64,000 bases of DNA, from the NCBI GenBank assembly GCA_028534125.1, contig CM052816.1, positions 49,540,001-49,604,000 on the forward strand, given 5' to 3'. This stretch comes from Lama glama. Its lineage: Eukaryota. Below are positions 11,961 through 25,940 of this stretch, piece by piece. Below the pieces are notes generated by a model. That model was not told where the DNA came from. It ran no database searches and worked only from the letters and a program-made list of their open reading frames with translations. Made by a program: the position numbers and the translations under genes. Every line of letters starts with the position of its first letter. Positions within the stretch are counted from its first letter, which is position 1.

Positions 11961-14900
11961 TGCTGCCCTGTGCACACTCTCAAAAGGAGCCAGGACCTGG
12001 GTAGGGACAATTTACCGGTCACTCCCTGTCAGAGATGTGAAGGAGAATTCTGGCAGAAGGATGAGGAATCCCTGCCTCCCCAGGAGAGGAGTTAGCAGAT
12101 CTGCATTTACTTATGAAAGGCACTGGGGCCAGGCAACTAGGTTATGTACGGACAGTCTGCACTGTTCTTTTTCTTTCTCTGAAGAATTTCAGTCTCTTCG
12201 AGATAAGGTTAGAATTTAGGAAGTAACAGTAGACTCACAGGTATGTTCAATGGCTCGTTTCCTCAGTGCTGAGGACAGGAGACAGTCTTTCTTGTCCCCT
12301 ATACCTGACACAGTACTGGGCATGTGGTAGATCCTCCGTTTACTGATTTGTGTTGAAAGAATGAAAATGAGAAGGCTGAAATGAGTTTTAAGTCTATGTG
12401 TTTGAGTCTTTGAGGAAGTTATTTTACCCATGTGATTCTGTAGAAGTCCAGATAATTTTTGAGTCCCTATTTTGTGCCAGGGTCAATGCTAGAAACACAA
12501 ATAGTGGACTCAATTCATCTGCTCAAGTGCATCTTTGCTATTTAGTGACAGAGGTAGTGGTTTAAATGAATGAGTGAACTAATGAATGAATGAAGTGTTG
12601 TGAGATACACGAGAGAAGCAGTTGGTAATGAGTGTTGTATGCATCCATTCTTTTGCACTTGTCGCTCTAAATTTTCTTGCCTTCCATTTATTCTTGTTTC
12701 ATAAACTCTCATTCATCCTTAAGATCATTCTCAGACATCCTCTTTCATGTCTGTTTGCCTTCAGCTCTTCTATCTATAAAATCAAAACAACAAACTAGAT
12801 TATGTGATTGATATGGGCTCCTAGGGAAAAAAGACTTGCATAACTGCTTTGAGTTATTTGAGGAAGATATGCTACACACAAACAGGTGTTATTAGAATTC
12901 TAGTCACATTGATGGAGACATTAAAAGGTTGGGTCTTCAGGGATAGTCCTTCAAGGGTATAGTACTAATAGAAGGACATACGTTATTTTTAATAACTACA
13001 TTATGGTGTGAATTAATTTTCAAAGTAAGCGGTTCAATTTTGTGCACTGAAACTGATTTCTAAATTAGAAGAATCAATTTTAATTTAATTTTTATTAGTT
13101 CAGTGTTTTCAGAAAAAAATACAGGATCCCTATGTAAATGGTAGGAACTGTACCTATGACATTATAAATGGCTGTTTCACTGTATTAGGCACAAGTAGAT
13201 GCTTAAAATATATTTGTGGAATGAATGAGTGAATTAAAAAAAAGACAGCCATGCTGAACTATGTTCTGAACTGTTGATGAGTAAACATGTGGTCTTAATG
13301 TGGTCTTTGAAATGTGGTCTTAATAACTTTAGAAGCTACATATTGAAGATGAAGATACATGAATGGTAATAAGTTGATAAATGTAATTCTTTAACATAAA
13401 ATAGCAAATAATCAATAACTGAAAGTTTTATTAAGCAAATAATGATATCAGCTTTTTAATGTTAAAAATAGTTTACTTGATATAAGGGGAAGTGTTTTGT
13501 GGACTAGTGGTGTTAATGGACCAAGGTTAGAGAATAACAAAGTTGTGATTATTGTAGGTCATATGTTTTAAAAGTTTAAATGATTAAAAAAGTGTGTGAT
13601 TCAGTTTGTTTATTTTTAGAATGTGATAAAACCAACATTACTTGAACACAAAGTCAAGAGGTATCAGCAAACTAATGCCAAGGAGGACATAAAGGCATTG
13701 GTAAACAAAATAAACAGATCAAAAAACAAATAAATTTATGTTGATAGATTACAAAGGAAAGGATTAAAGAGTTACAGGAAAGCAATTAAAGCACAGTTAG
13801 AGATTAGTGGGGGAGAATTAACAATCAGGGCTGAGAATTCTGAAAACATACCTTGAGTTTGTGTTGAAAATTCATAAGCAAGAAAATGTAAGTCCTTCCT
13901 AAAATTCATCTGAGTATAAATGTAGGCCCACCTTCACAGTGTAGTATTCTCAGATGGACCGGACCTAGAGAGCCATATTTCTTATTTTGAGGTTCCCTGT
14001 ATAACTAAGCAAACCAAAAGTTTTACAAACAGATGCATAGGAGTAAGCATCCAACAAAAGAGATAATGTGCAAGAGGATGAGATGGCAAAGGATCGGCCT
14101 GTAAAGGCACAAATGGGTTTGAAAAGGAAAACACTGGATGACTGGGACTGGCTGGAAAATACACAGGGCGGTAAGAAAGTGAGATCCCACCTTAGAAGGG
14201 GAGAACGTACTAAATATTCATGCATGAAAAATGCAAACTAGGAAACATCCCTGTAGCACATATATAAATCCAATGAATAAAAAGTAGTTCAGTCTTCCGC
14301 TAATGAGGCCCTGAGCTAATATTAATGGTTCTGTTTGACAAGAAAAATGTTGATGCTTAAGATTTACGTTTCCATTTTACCTATCAGATCTTTGTTTTTG
14401 AGCATGCATTTGTCAAAATCATTCACTAGCTCCCTTCAGGGACTCCGTTAATATGTTTGCTTATTGTTATAATTCTTGCATATCCACTGAAAATAATGAT
14501 GCTTCTTTGATCACTTATTAGAGCTGCAAGTATTCTAGATTATCACCTCTACCAATCTTTAGATTGCCTTTGGAATAAAAATAGAGAACTTCCAGAATAT
14601 TCTTTTAATATCTAACGGAAATCACACACTAAAGCCAGTTCAGTTGGGAATAAGTGAAAAAATACTCAACTGAAATGCAATTTGTAAATGAAACCAACAG
14701 ATTATAAGTTATACATAATTGAGAGTGATTGCTAAGAGCATGTTAATACATTTTATGCAGAGGCTTCTGATTTCCTTCTTGTGCTGCCAAATGAAATGAC
14801 TGTATTTTGAATGAGTGGTTAAGGTAGGAAATCAGTACCTGGTGCAAGACTTTTGTGACAGTGAATTATTTTGCACATTTGACAAAGAGAAAGCTCTGCT

Positions 14901-15904
14901 GGATGTGAAACAGAAGGTGGATTTTATTATGTTCTCAACTGTGTGATGTAGCAGACAGTAGAAACATCATGGGGCTTGATTTATCAAAACCTACCCAGAC
15001 TATGTTTGAGTCACTCATTAGCACCAGAGCCTAAGTTTTTCCATCCCCAAAATAAGAATAACTATGGAGTAGATGGTGTGATACAGTAAAAAATAAATAA
15101 ATAAATAAACACTGGTTAGGGGGTCAGGAGATTAAGAAGATTCTAATCCCAAATATGCCACTACTTGGCATTGTCTCACTTTTAACTTTAATAATATCCA
15201 TAAAGTTGATTTCATATGCTGATTTTATTTTTTCTAATACATACTAAAATAAGTAAATAAGATATCCTTTTGTGCAGTACTTAAAAGCCTTTTCTGAATA
15301 GTTGTGAGAATTGGGCTAGAGTATTATTAGAAAATGGTGCATAAAGAGAGGCTAAATGTTGAGTAAAAATGATACTAAAATATTTTAGGTTGTGCAAATT
15401 CAAATAGCACGTATGCAGTTAGAAATGTAGCATTCTGAGGAAAAGCTGCTGTGCATTAAAAACAGGCATGGCACAAAGACAATGGAAAACAGGTCAGTTC
15501 ATCTCTGCCTGATGTCAAGCTTTTGGCCTTGTTTTGAAGATAAAACATTCTTGTTCACATTGCGAAGAATATTAACTAGTATTGGAGTTATAATCAAGAA
15601 ATAATGGTACAGAAATGAAACAAGGGGATGTCTAACCTCTGCCTGTATTACAAAAACCTGGAAATATAAGGAGATGGGTGTGTCCACCCTACATAGAGGC
15701 TTGAAAGAAGGCAGTGTTCTGGACTTACTACCATGAAACCCACTGTATGTGAGAATTGTAGAAGAAACCTGGATATAGTGAAAATAGAAATTGAAGAAAG
15801 GCCAGGCTTGGCATTTGCATTCATCAGTAACTGAAACAATATGGGGCTGACCATTTTCAGGGCACTGTGACAATTGTGTCTCTCGCTATTCCAATAGATT
15901 TTAT

Positions 15905-16100
15905 GGGTCTATTTAATAAACACTTAAGTACCACTTGTTATGTGTTAGTTATTTTTCTAATCATTTTATGGATACTAACTCTGAGTTTTCACTACAACCT
16001 TCTCAGGTACTTAAATTGCACTTTATACATGCAGAAACGGGAGCACAGACTTGCTCAAGTACGCAGGGAAGCGAAGTCTGAACCCTGGAGTCTGGCTGGG
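15905..16100 (-). mobile_element. MIR SINE
   Basis: cactttatacatgcagaaacgggagcacagacttgctcaagtac core. Confidence 0.6.
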
Positions 16101-17619
16101 ATCATCATCAGCAGATTCATGTTGTTCTGCCTGTCCCACAAGTGGGCCTGATTTTTCTAAAGACCCCTTCTCTTTGGTTGAGTGAGTGATTGAGGAATTC
16201 GGGTTAAGGCCATCAACACAAGGCATTCTCCTGATAGAACTGAACCAGAAATGCACACTATACATATACATTTAGGACCAATAAATAGTGGAGAAAATCC
16301 CCAAGCCTTCTGGGAAAGAAATCCCCTTGCTCTTAGTAAAGAGTGCTTATCAGAGACTCTTCTTCTGGATATGTTAGTGTGTGGTTTCAAATCCTATTAC
16401 TGCTTTGGTCTTTTGGGCACTATATCAGAAACCCTTCTGATACCTAACCAGGAACTAGAGACAGACAAAGCCAAGAGAACAGCAGAGGACAATGGTAGAG
16501 TCACTGTCCACTTAGAAGCCACCGTGTAAAGTGTTATCATTGCCACAGGCTTGAATGCTTCTTGAGCTTTTTAACTCTGTGCCCCCAGACAATAGAAATT
16601 GTGAAAATGTTGAGTAGCTCCGGGTTCTCGTTCTCTCTTTCCCTCCTTCCCTCCTTCTTTCCTTCTTTCCTTTTACTGTTAAAGAACACAATTAAATTTT
16701 AAAAATTTAAATCACAAAGGAGGAAAGCTCCAAGAAAATCTTCTGAGAAAATAGTGGCAGCGGAGTATCCAGATCTGAATAATGCCCAATTGAGGATGCA
16801 GTGTGCAGCTCCTCGGGCTGCTGTGAATTATATCATCCTGCTGAAGAGTTTGTGTTGACCCTGGAAATACTTATAGATTTTATCATGCCAGTAAAGTTAC
16901 TAAAATTGAACTCACCTCCCAATAGTATTAGAATGTAGCTTATTTAGTAATTAAGTAATTACTTTAAAAAGCATGAGACATAATTATATTAATCAAAGTC
17001 AGAAACCTGATAAGGGATTTGAAATGAACATAAAAAAGATTCTCTTTCTGGTAGTAAACTTAATCTCACTAACTTACAAGCTTACAACACATCAGTAACT
17101 AGAGGCTTCCTGGGGAAAATCAAAAGCATGTAAACCATTCATGAGGGGCCCTCTGAACATCAGCATTAGTTTTCCTTCTATAATAAACTATGTCCCTTTT
17201 CAATTTTAAGTGACAGTTAAAGGGGTAGTTTAATTCCACATGAAAATTCATATTAATAATATGACGCTTTCAAAGTGAGTCAACTTTGTCTATTTCCCTT
17301 CTTGTAGAAAGCCCCAGAAAAGGTGAATTTTACGGTGTCCAGATAAAATTGGAAGAATAAATTAGGTAGGCCAGGACTGTGTCATAAGTTTGTAATTTAA
17401 CTCAGTACGTTGAATCTAGTAGAAAAATGATGAATTATTTTTGAATGACTCAAGGGATGAATGAGTAAGACTTCTTTCAGGACTGGGCTGTATAAGCGAC
17501 CTAGACGGTTACTTAGGTTTCTCTTAGACTTTGCTGGCTGCCTATTGCATATATGTTACTTCATTCCTTTCATCGAGTTCTAGGTCAGGTTGCATGGTGT
17601 TGAGTATAGGTGACATTAT

Positions 17620-17800
17620 CTATTAGAGCGGAAGCTCGAGTGAGTGAGTTAACCTTACTTCCTGTTCACTGTTTGTTTTTAATCACCAAAATGGTGATAA
17701 TAGTAGTATCCATGTCATGGTTATGGAAGTTTGTGTGAAATAATACTTTTCAAGTGCTTAGAATGATGCTTGGTGTATAATTAGTAACTAATAGTTAGCT
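17620..17800 (+). mobile_element. MIR SINE
   Basis: aaaatggtgataatagtagtatc...aagtgcttagaatgatgcttgg. Confidence 0.55.
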
Positions 17801-18944
17801 TTTATACTTGTTGGTATTAGTATGAATTTTGAAAATTGAATAGAATTAAATAAAAGAAATAAAAACTTTAACCTCCCAGGATATGTAACAAAGTAAAAAA
17901 GGAATTAAAATTGAATTATGCATTAATTTTTACCAAAAAGATGTTGTAAATTGACAAAGAACACCACATAAAGTAAACAAACAATATCAGCATATTTACT
18001 GACATCTGTACATCCTCAGGCTCATGAGTTTAACAACTAAGATAAACCTTGAGAGCTCATGCCTGCAATGTGTCTGTGATGAGAATAGGCTGAGTTCCTA
18101 GGAGCACTTTGTCAGTATTCCCCGCGTTAGTAAACATTAAACATTCATGGCCCATCATAAGGCTCACTAACCTCTGTTTCTCTCAGTTCAACCTTGGTAG
18201 TTATCCTTTCTGCTTCTACCTAGCTGCTAATTGGATTTATAAATGTCATACGTTTTTTAATGAAGTTTTTTTCCTTATTACCAAAAATCTGTACATATAA
18301 TTGTAGGAAACATTACAAAATAAACACAGTGAGGAATATTTAATTACTCTTGTAATCTCCCTAAAGATGTTCACTGTTGATCTCTTTGTGTATGCTTTTC
18401 CAGACCTTTCTTTTCCTTTCTTCAACTCTAGAAAAAGCTCATAGAACATTTCCTGCTTTTTCCGTTAACTCAGGATTTTGACAAGATCTAACAGCATTTG
18501 TGTATTGGCCCCATGGTGACAAATTGTAATGATCTCCTGGAAAGAGCTATTCCAACCTCAGGGTTGGGGGGGCGGGGGCCGGCAGGAGGGAAGCTAGGTC
18601 CTCTGAAGACCCCGTAGATCTACTGATCTGCCTCTTAAGTTTCCTAACCCTGGGTCTGGGAAAACTGCCAACAATAATCTCACTCACTTTGTGGCCCACA
18701 TTCGGAATAGACTTAAAGCTTTAAGAGCCTCCAATTTGTTTATCTTTTGGATTAGTTATGCAGTTAAGCAGACCATCCTTTATGTTTTCTTCCCAGGTGA
18801 CAAAAACTCAGTTTATCTTGTTGGCACTAAGTTGGAAACTGCTCCTATTAAGGAGGAATGGAATGATATGTACACATTGTTTGCAAATTAACGTACATTA
18901 TTGTAAGCAATCTCAACCCAGTGTCACGAACCGTAAACTGCAAC

Positions 18945-19105
18945 TTTTGTAGATTTCAGTTTTTTCATATGTAAAATAAGGCTTATTAACAATATCAGCA
19001 AACTTTCTCATAGAGAGTATGAGGATTAAGTGATATCATACTCATAAAGCATTTAGTATAATGTTGGCACATAGTTAAGGCACAAAAAATACTAGTATTA
19101 CTATA
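18945..19105 (+). mobile_element. MIR SINE
   Basis: ttcagttttttcatatgtaaaataagg...gaggattaagtga...aaagcatttagtataatgttggcacatag. Confidence 0.7.
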
Positions 19106-21499
19106 AAATAATAAAATGTTCTAACAGATTGGTCTAGTAATAGAATGAACAAATCCAGGGATATGTGAAATTTTGAAATTTAAGCTAGCAGGTTATTTGT
19201 ATCAGAAAAAAATGTTCAGGAGCAGATTGCATGAGTTTAGGACTAAGGATACTTGTGTCACCAAGACACTTAGGTCAAAAAGGAGCACTATGGGGCCTGG
19301 GACAAGGAGGTCCCCAAAAGTTCATGTAGTTTGAGGCTCTGTACCCCAGATGATTCTAAACTGCATTCACACCATTCTTATATGAGAATCTCTGACAAAA
19401 CTGCAGAGACAGTAATTTCACCAGTGAGAAAAGAGAGACAAAGTCAGAAGCTCACTAACAGCAGAGAGAAACTGATGCCAGGTTCTGAGCCTTGGGCTAG
19501 AGCTGCATAAAACTCTCCCATTTCAGTTCAGAGACTGGGAAAGAGCTGGTAGGTATCAAATGATCCCAGCAGTGAGGACAGGAGGGGTACAGAGATTAAA
19601 TGCTGGGTAAAGCCTCATGGTGTGTGATCGAAGACGGAGTCGAGACTATTGATAGACCAGAGACAATGTGATTTTTAATGCACTCAAGTTCTTGAAGAGT
19701 TTTCCGATTCTGTGCTTAATGGCTTCTTTCAGCAAGTCATATTTCTATTTGGTAGGCCAGAGGGATAACATAGTTCCACTTCCTAAGTATTTCCCTGATC
19801 TTTTTTAGTATAAAAGCCGTGAGGTTCTAAATGGAGTTCCAGTAAGACCTCTGAACTCCTGAAGAAAGGGCACTTTGCTTCTGTCCTTACGATCAAGTTG
19901 TCCCCTGCAAAGATGCAAATTGGAGTGCTTATAGCAATAACCTGATACCTGTTGAAAACCAGGAAGGTGGTAAGAGCACACCCATAATTTCTGATTTGCG
20001 CTAAGTTAGTTGTCGGGAACTCCCCTGTATTAGGAAAACACATTAGCCGTATAGCCATTAATCTGAACAACAGATTCCATGTTTGTTAAAAGAATTAAGG
20101 AGCTCATTTGTTGTCATGTTTATCAGTAAGCGCATCCACGGAGAGTGGCCTATCAAAGAGATTTATGTTTCTGCTCCTAAGACTGTTTTGTCTGTGGATA
20201 AAAGATATAAATTCTGAAATGTTAGAGACTGCCTGGAATTAGAGTGTTGAGCAGCTAGTCTATAAAGTGTTGCTTTCATGTGAAAATATTGCTGTAAAAG
20301 GTGAATAGGAAATCATTTCCTTTTTACAAAGTTTAATCGAGATCTAAATCTAACTTTTTGAATGATTTACATCCATAAAATTAGATAGGTGTCTATGGTT
20401 ATTTTTGGTTGAAAGAGGACTAGTTTTAAATTTTGTAATTTCTTTTCTCCACCCACCAAATGGATGAACATAGTCAGGTTCAGTGGTACAGTTTGTAAAC
20501 ACGTTATGTAATGAGATGATTTTAAAGATACTAGAAATAAAGATACTACTTTAAAGATTCTAGGAATAAATAATTGGGGCTGCACTTAAAACAGTAACAT
20601 ATATTTCTTGAGCTTTTTCACACTGTAGTTTGAAACTGTCATTCTACTGCCATCTTAAATTAGGACTTTTTAAAAGAAAATCCTAAACAAAACACAAAAT
20701 TAGACCTCAAAATTTTTTTCTGTAATTTTAATATGACATATCCTTTCTGCCTGAAAAATTGATAAAATGGGTTATATAGCAATTAATAAAATGTCCTGTT
20801 GTGTCTTTGGGTCACTCTGCTTAATAAGTGATTAGTTGAGACAATTTATTTTCTTACTCATTTTCCTTGGAGGTTATGTTTCAATTTTGGTCTAGCAGCT
20901 TTACACTTAGAAAAGGAGGAATTCACAATCTAAGGTCTAAGTAAGAAGGCAATGTGAAAGTTCCACAGTGGACATGGCACTGGATTTCATCTTTTTTTTG
21001 TATCACCTGGTTGTTTTTATAAAGTCAGTATGAGTTAGTGTCCTGACAAAGATTGATGGTCTCAGTGTTATCATCATGATGTACTGCATTATTTATACAC
21101 AGCAGCCAAATTCTGTTGTTTAGTTTGTTCTTTGCTGTCAACTGAAGAACTGCAATGTTCTCTGAATGAACCATTCACTGGTTTATGTGATTTTTGCATC
21201 ATTTTAAAAATATATAATCTTAGAGTATAAAATTCAATAAGCCATCTTAATTATGCATTTTTCAAGAAATTAGAAGCCATCAGGTGTCACTCCTTTGCTC
21301 TGTCATCCTTCAACACGTCCATCTGGTACAGCAACAAACCTGGAGCAGGCTGTTTACTTTGCGTGAGTGCCAGCTGCTGTCCGCTTACCAGATACGTGGT
21401 TGAGTACATGCCTCTGTCAGTTCTTGTCCCCAAACACAGCTCTACCCTCAGTGCTTTCCCTCAGTCTTTTTTCTAAGCTTTTCCAGGCAGCAACCTTTT

Positions 21500-23080
21500 A
21501 TTTACTGCAGGTGTGTGTTCCTTACCTTCTACTCTTCTCAAGCCTCTAATCCCATCCCATTTCCAGCCGCCCTATACCACAGAGAAAATGCCGTATCTTG
21601 TCAGTTTGTCTAATAGCATCTCCAGACACCTAGGCATTCCAGGCCATACTTCATATAACGTCAGTCTCCCTCCTTACACTGAAGGGGATTCCTTCCACCT
21701 GTACTCTGAAGCCCATCATCATATTGTTTTCTCACTGCCTATCCTTTTGAGCATTCCCTCTCTTCTGCATCTGTAACCTCTTCTTTTCTGGTAGCTGCTT
21801 CCCATCATCACCAAAACTGTCATTTTTCTGCCATTTTAAATACATTTCCAACCCCTGTCCCCTACCCAATTTTCATTTAGGTAACATTTTATTTGAAAAA
21901 CACTGACTATGTGCCAGGCACTGATCTTTGATCTTTGTCAGGGTTGGGGTGGGTTGGAGCAGGTGAATAAGTTGAAATGATTCTGAACTTCAAAGCATTT
22001 ACAATGTAGAAATACCTGTCTGCATCTAGACCATGTTTCCAAAAACACTTCTCAGAATTTTTTGTTTACCTTCCCATGGTTTAATAGATCGACTTGATGC
22101 AAATTTCTCTATCTCTAACCTGAATCTTTCTCCACAGGTTCAAATCCTTAAAATCAATTTCTTACTGGATATCTGCATGTGGATATCTATAGACACTTCA
22201 GTCCAGGTGTTCCCTAAAAGGGGTTCCCCTCCTTCACCACCATCCCCAAACTTGCTCCTTAGACCATGTTTTCTATCAAAATGAAAGGGAGAGCTCTTTG
22301 TTAAATTTTGATAATAGGAATTTCATTCTTAGTTCTTCTCCTTTTCAGCCGTCAAATTGGACCTATAAATTTTGTCTCTCAATATACCTTTTGGAATCCT
22401 CCTCTCTCCATTTAGTTTTTGGTATTGTAATGTAAGCCAGCAGTCCCTTGTTCCAGAAGACACTTTGCCGCTTCCTAGCTGGTCTGTCACCCTTAGACTT
22501 TGCCTCTTTGTAATCCCTTCTCCACGCTACATCTAGGGTGAGTTACCTGAAGTCCAAATCGTGTCACCCTCCTGCTTAGACCCTTCAATCACTGTCCTTT
22601 ATGCTCAGGAATGCCCAGACTTCTTATGACTGTCTTAAAGACATTCCATTGCCTGGGCAATGCCTATTCCTCAGTCTTGCCCCTTGCCATTCCTGTTTGC
22701 TCTCATCTCTTTAGCTAACGTGAGTTTCATCCTGTTTCTTAAGCACGTGCTCTGACTGTGCTCCTTGCACTTGCAAAGCTTTCCCTTCTGCATTGGACCT
22801 CTGGTCCCACCCTTTGCCTGGCTGGTTTCTGCTAATCCTCTGGTCTTGAATTGGAGATCCCTTGCTTTGGGAAGGCTTCCTGACTCACAGTGCTGAGTTT
22901 GGTGTCCCTCTCTTGTGCTCCCTTGGCACTAGGTATTTCCTTTCTCATAGAACTACCTGTCTATTGTTAGACTCTAAAGAACAGATTATTGACTATCAGG
23001 GGCCCCATAATATGTACAGCAATTATCACTTAATGGCATGTAGATGGGCTTCAGTTAATATGAACTGAATGGATGGATAT
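21500..23080 (+). mobile_element. Degenerate L2 fragments ending in an L2 tail
   Basis: tcttactggatatctgcatgtggatatct, ccaaatcgtgtcaccctcctgcttaga; tail gaactgaatggatgga near 23065. Confidence 0.65.
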
Positions 23081-23489
23081 GCTTCATAGGTAGAAATAAT
23101 ATAGTCAAAAAATACTTGGGAATTCCAGTATATGGTTGAATTTTCTGGTACTTTGTAAAATTTAAGCTAATTATTCTATGGAAATTCAATATATGCTAGT
23201 AGTGAGTAGTATCTATTCTACTCTCCCTAACACGTTCTGTACCTTTATTTTTAATTTGCTGATTCTAGCTTCCTGCAAATAATTTTTTTCATAACCCACA
23301 GTATACTAGCAAAGAACATTAGTCAAATAAATATCTTTCCTCATTTATTTTCCTCTTAATTGAAGGTAGGAAAATATAAACTAACTTCCTTCTTTCTATC
23401 TTTTCTTTCTTTCCTTCCTCACTTCCTCTTATTCATTTTCCTTCTTCTCTAATAAATTGAAATCTTTGGATGAGTTTTTTAAAAAAAAT

Positions 23490-23600
23490 GTGGAAGGCTG
23501 GGCCCCAACACCAGTGATTCTGATTGAATTGGACTGCGCATCAGGAATTTTAAAAGCTCCTCTGTTATTCTAATATACAGCAAAGTTTGAGAACCACTGG
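23490..23600. mobile_element. MER5A-type hAT-Charlie DNA transposon fragment
   Basis: gggccccaacaccagtgattctgatt...ttctaatatacagcaaagtttgagaaccactg. Confidence 0.75.
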
Positions 23601-24796
23601 GTTAGATCATCTCTAATGTCCCTTTCAATTCTAAAAACTCTAGATTTTGTTATATTAAGGGACTCTCCAGAGTGTTTTAAAATACAAAATATGCCAAAAG
23701 ATTTTTTTTCAAAATGTAGAGCCCCAAATATTTTTGTCTTTTCATGCAGTTAGCCTTGATTGTAGCTGTGTGTTAAAGGATGTAAAATTCAGGTAGTCAA
23801 CACTCAACAATTATTGCTGGTTTTCTCCTAATTCTTTCCAGCACAGTATTCCCTTAGCATTTGAAAAGTTATCTAAAAAGAAAAAAAGTGTCTAGAAATA
23901 GTGGGATAAATCCCTGGCTAACAGCTGAGAAACATTCTGCTTTAAATTAGCTTTCCTGTGCCTCTGAGTGAGTCTTAGAAATTTCTTCATTCATTCCTTA
24001 GATCTGTGTCTTCTTCTATGGCTGAATATGGTCATTTGGGGCTCTGTGGACACCATTTGGATAGTCTTTTATTACAAGCATTTCCCATGATTTTCTGGTA
24101 AAATGACAGTTCATCTCAATGCAGATAAACATATTCTTACTGGCATTTTTATCTTATTTCCTTCCCTACTCTTCCTAATTGCTGGATGGTCTGAAATACC
24201 AACTTAAATTTGTTTTAAAGCTAACAAGCAGATCAGATCTTTGGAACTATATATATTTTGGGGGCGGATATTTACACTGGCCACACTTATAAGATTTAAC
24301 TTGTGAAAGAAGGCTTTAAAATTAAATCTATGCATCATACTCATTAGAACATACAACAAATAAAATCTCAATATTCAATACAAATAGCCTCTTCAGAGTC
24401 ACCAAAATAAATTGAGAGGCCTATTGTTGATTCAGAAAGTGACATTTATTTGTTCTGTACAGTTTCACTGGCAGTAAGTCATAGGGTGCTAACATTTTCT
24501 GTGAGTTTTACCAGTTTGAGTATGCAAATCCCCATGAACTTTATCTCTTTTTAACTAGAGTTACTGCTCACTTGTGTACTGGAATTGGCTCATTTTGCAA
24601 AGTACTCTGTTTACAGGTTAGTTCAAATTCTAACTTGTGCAATTGAAGACAAAGCCTTTATTTTCTTTCTGTTTTTAAATGAAATGATAGTATAGCTGCC
24701 AAGTTCAATGGGAGAGCAATAAACTGAAGATGAGGTTGTAATACACAGACCTGCATTGTTGTGGTTGTGAAACATGAATTTAAATGGTTTCTTGTT

Positions 24797-25550
24797 TCGC
24801 ATTGTGGCTTTGATTTACATTTCCCTGGTGCTTAGTGATGTTGAGCATCTTTTCATGTGTCTGTTGGCCATCTGTAAGTCTTTTTTTGGAAAAATGTCTG
24901 CTCAAATCCCCTGCCTATTTTTTAATCAGATCGTTTGGAGGTTTTTTTTGGTTTTTTATTTTTTGTTTTTCTTCTCAAAGCCTTTCACAATTTTTTATTA
25001 CACAATCACATGAGATTTTTCTTTTTGCCTCCATCACTTAACAGAGAGAGTTAAGGTTTTCTTTCTTTTTTTTTAATTGAAGTATATAGTTGACTATATA
25101 CTTAGTTGACTATGTTTTTATTTTTGATGTTGAGTTGTATGAGTTCTTTATGTATGTACCAGATATATCATTTGTAAATATCTTCTATTCAGTAGGTTGT
25201 CTTTTCCTTTTATTGATGATTTCCTTTGCTGTGCAGAAGTTTTCTAGTGAGGTGTATTCCCATTTGTTTACTTTTGTTTTGTTGCCCTTGCCTGAGGAGT
25301 CATATCCAGGAAAATACTGCTATGAAAAGATGTCAGAGAGCTTACTGCCTGTTTTCTTCTAGGAATTTTATGGTTTCAGATCTTGCATTTAAATTTTTGA
25401 TCTGTTTTGAGTTCACTTCTGTGTTTAGTGTAGGAAAGAAGTCCAGTTTCATTCTTTTTCATGTAGCTGTCCAGTTTTGAAGTGGCTGTCTTTTCAATGC
25501 TGAATATTCTTTCCCCCTTTGTCATAGATTAACTGCTCATGTAAGCATGG
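24797..25550 (-). mobile_element. L1 ORF2 3' portion in antisense (inverted half of a rearranged L1), with a nested insert at about 24942-25113
   Basis: cattgtggctttgatttacatttccctgg...gatgttgagcatcttttcatgtg; tcctttgctgtgcagaagtt; ttgtcatagattaactg. Confidence 0.85.
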
Positions 25551-25940
25551 ACATAGAGGGTGTCATGCTAAGTGAAAGAAGTCAGACAGAGAAAGACAAA
25601 TACAATGTGATTTCACTTAAATGTGGATCTAAAAAACAAAACAAATGAACAAACAACAGACTCATAGAGAACCAAACTGGTGGTTGCCAAAGGGTAGGAG
25701 GGTAAGAGGACAGGTAAAATAGATGAGGGGATTAAGAGGTACAAACTTTTAGTTATAAAATAAGTAATTCATGGGGATATAATGTAAATATAAAGTCAAT
25801 AATATTGTCATAACTTTGGTGACACATGGTAACTGCACTTATAATCACTACATAATGTATAGAAATACTGAATCATTGTGTTTGTTGTTCATCTGAAATT
25901 AATATAATGTTGTATATCAATTATAATTCCATTAAAAAAG
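25546..25940 (+). mobile_element. L1 3' end in sense orientation, joined to the inverted segment
   Basis: catgctaagtgaaagaagtcagacagagaaagacaaatac...tatcaattataattccattaaaaaa. Confidence 0.85.
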
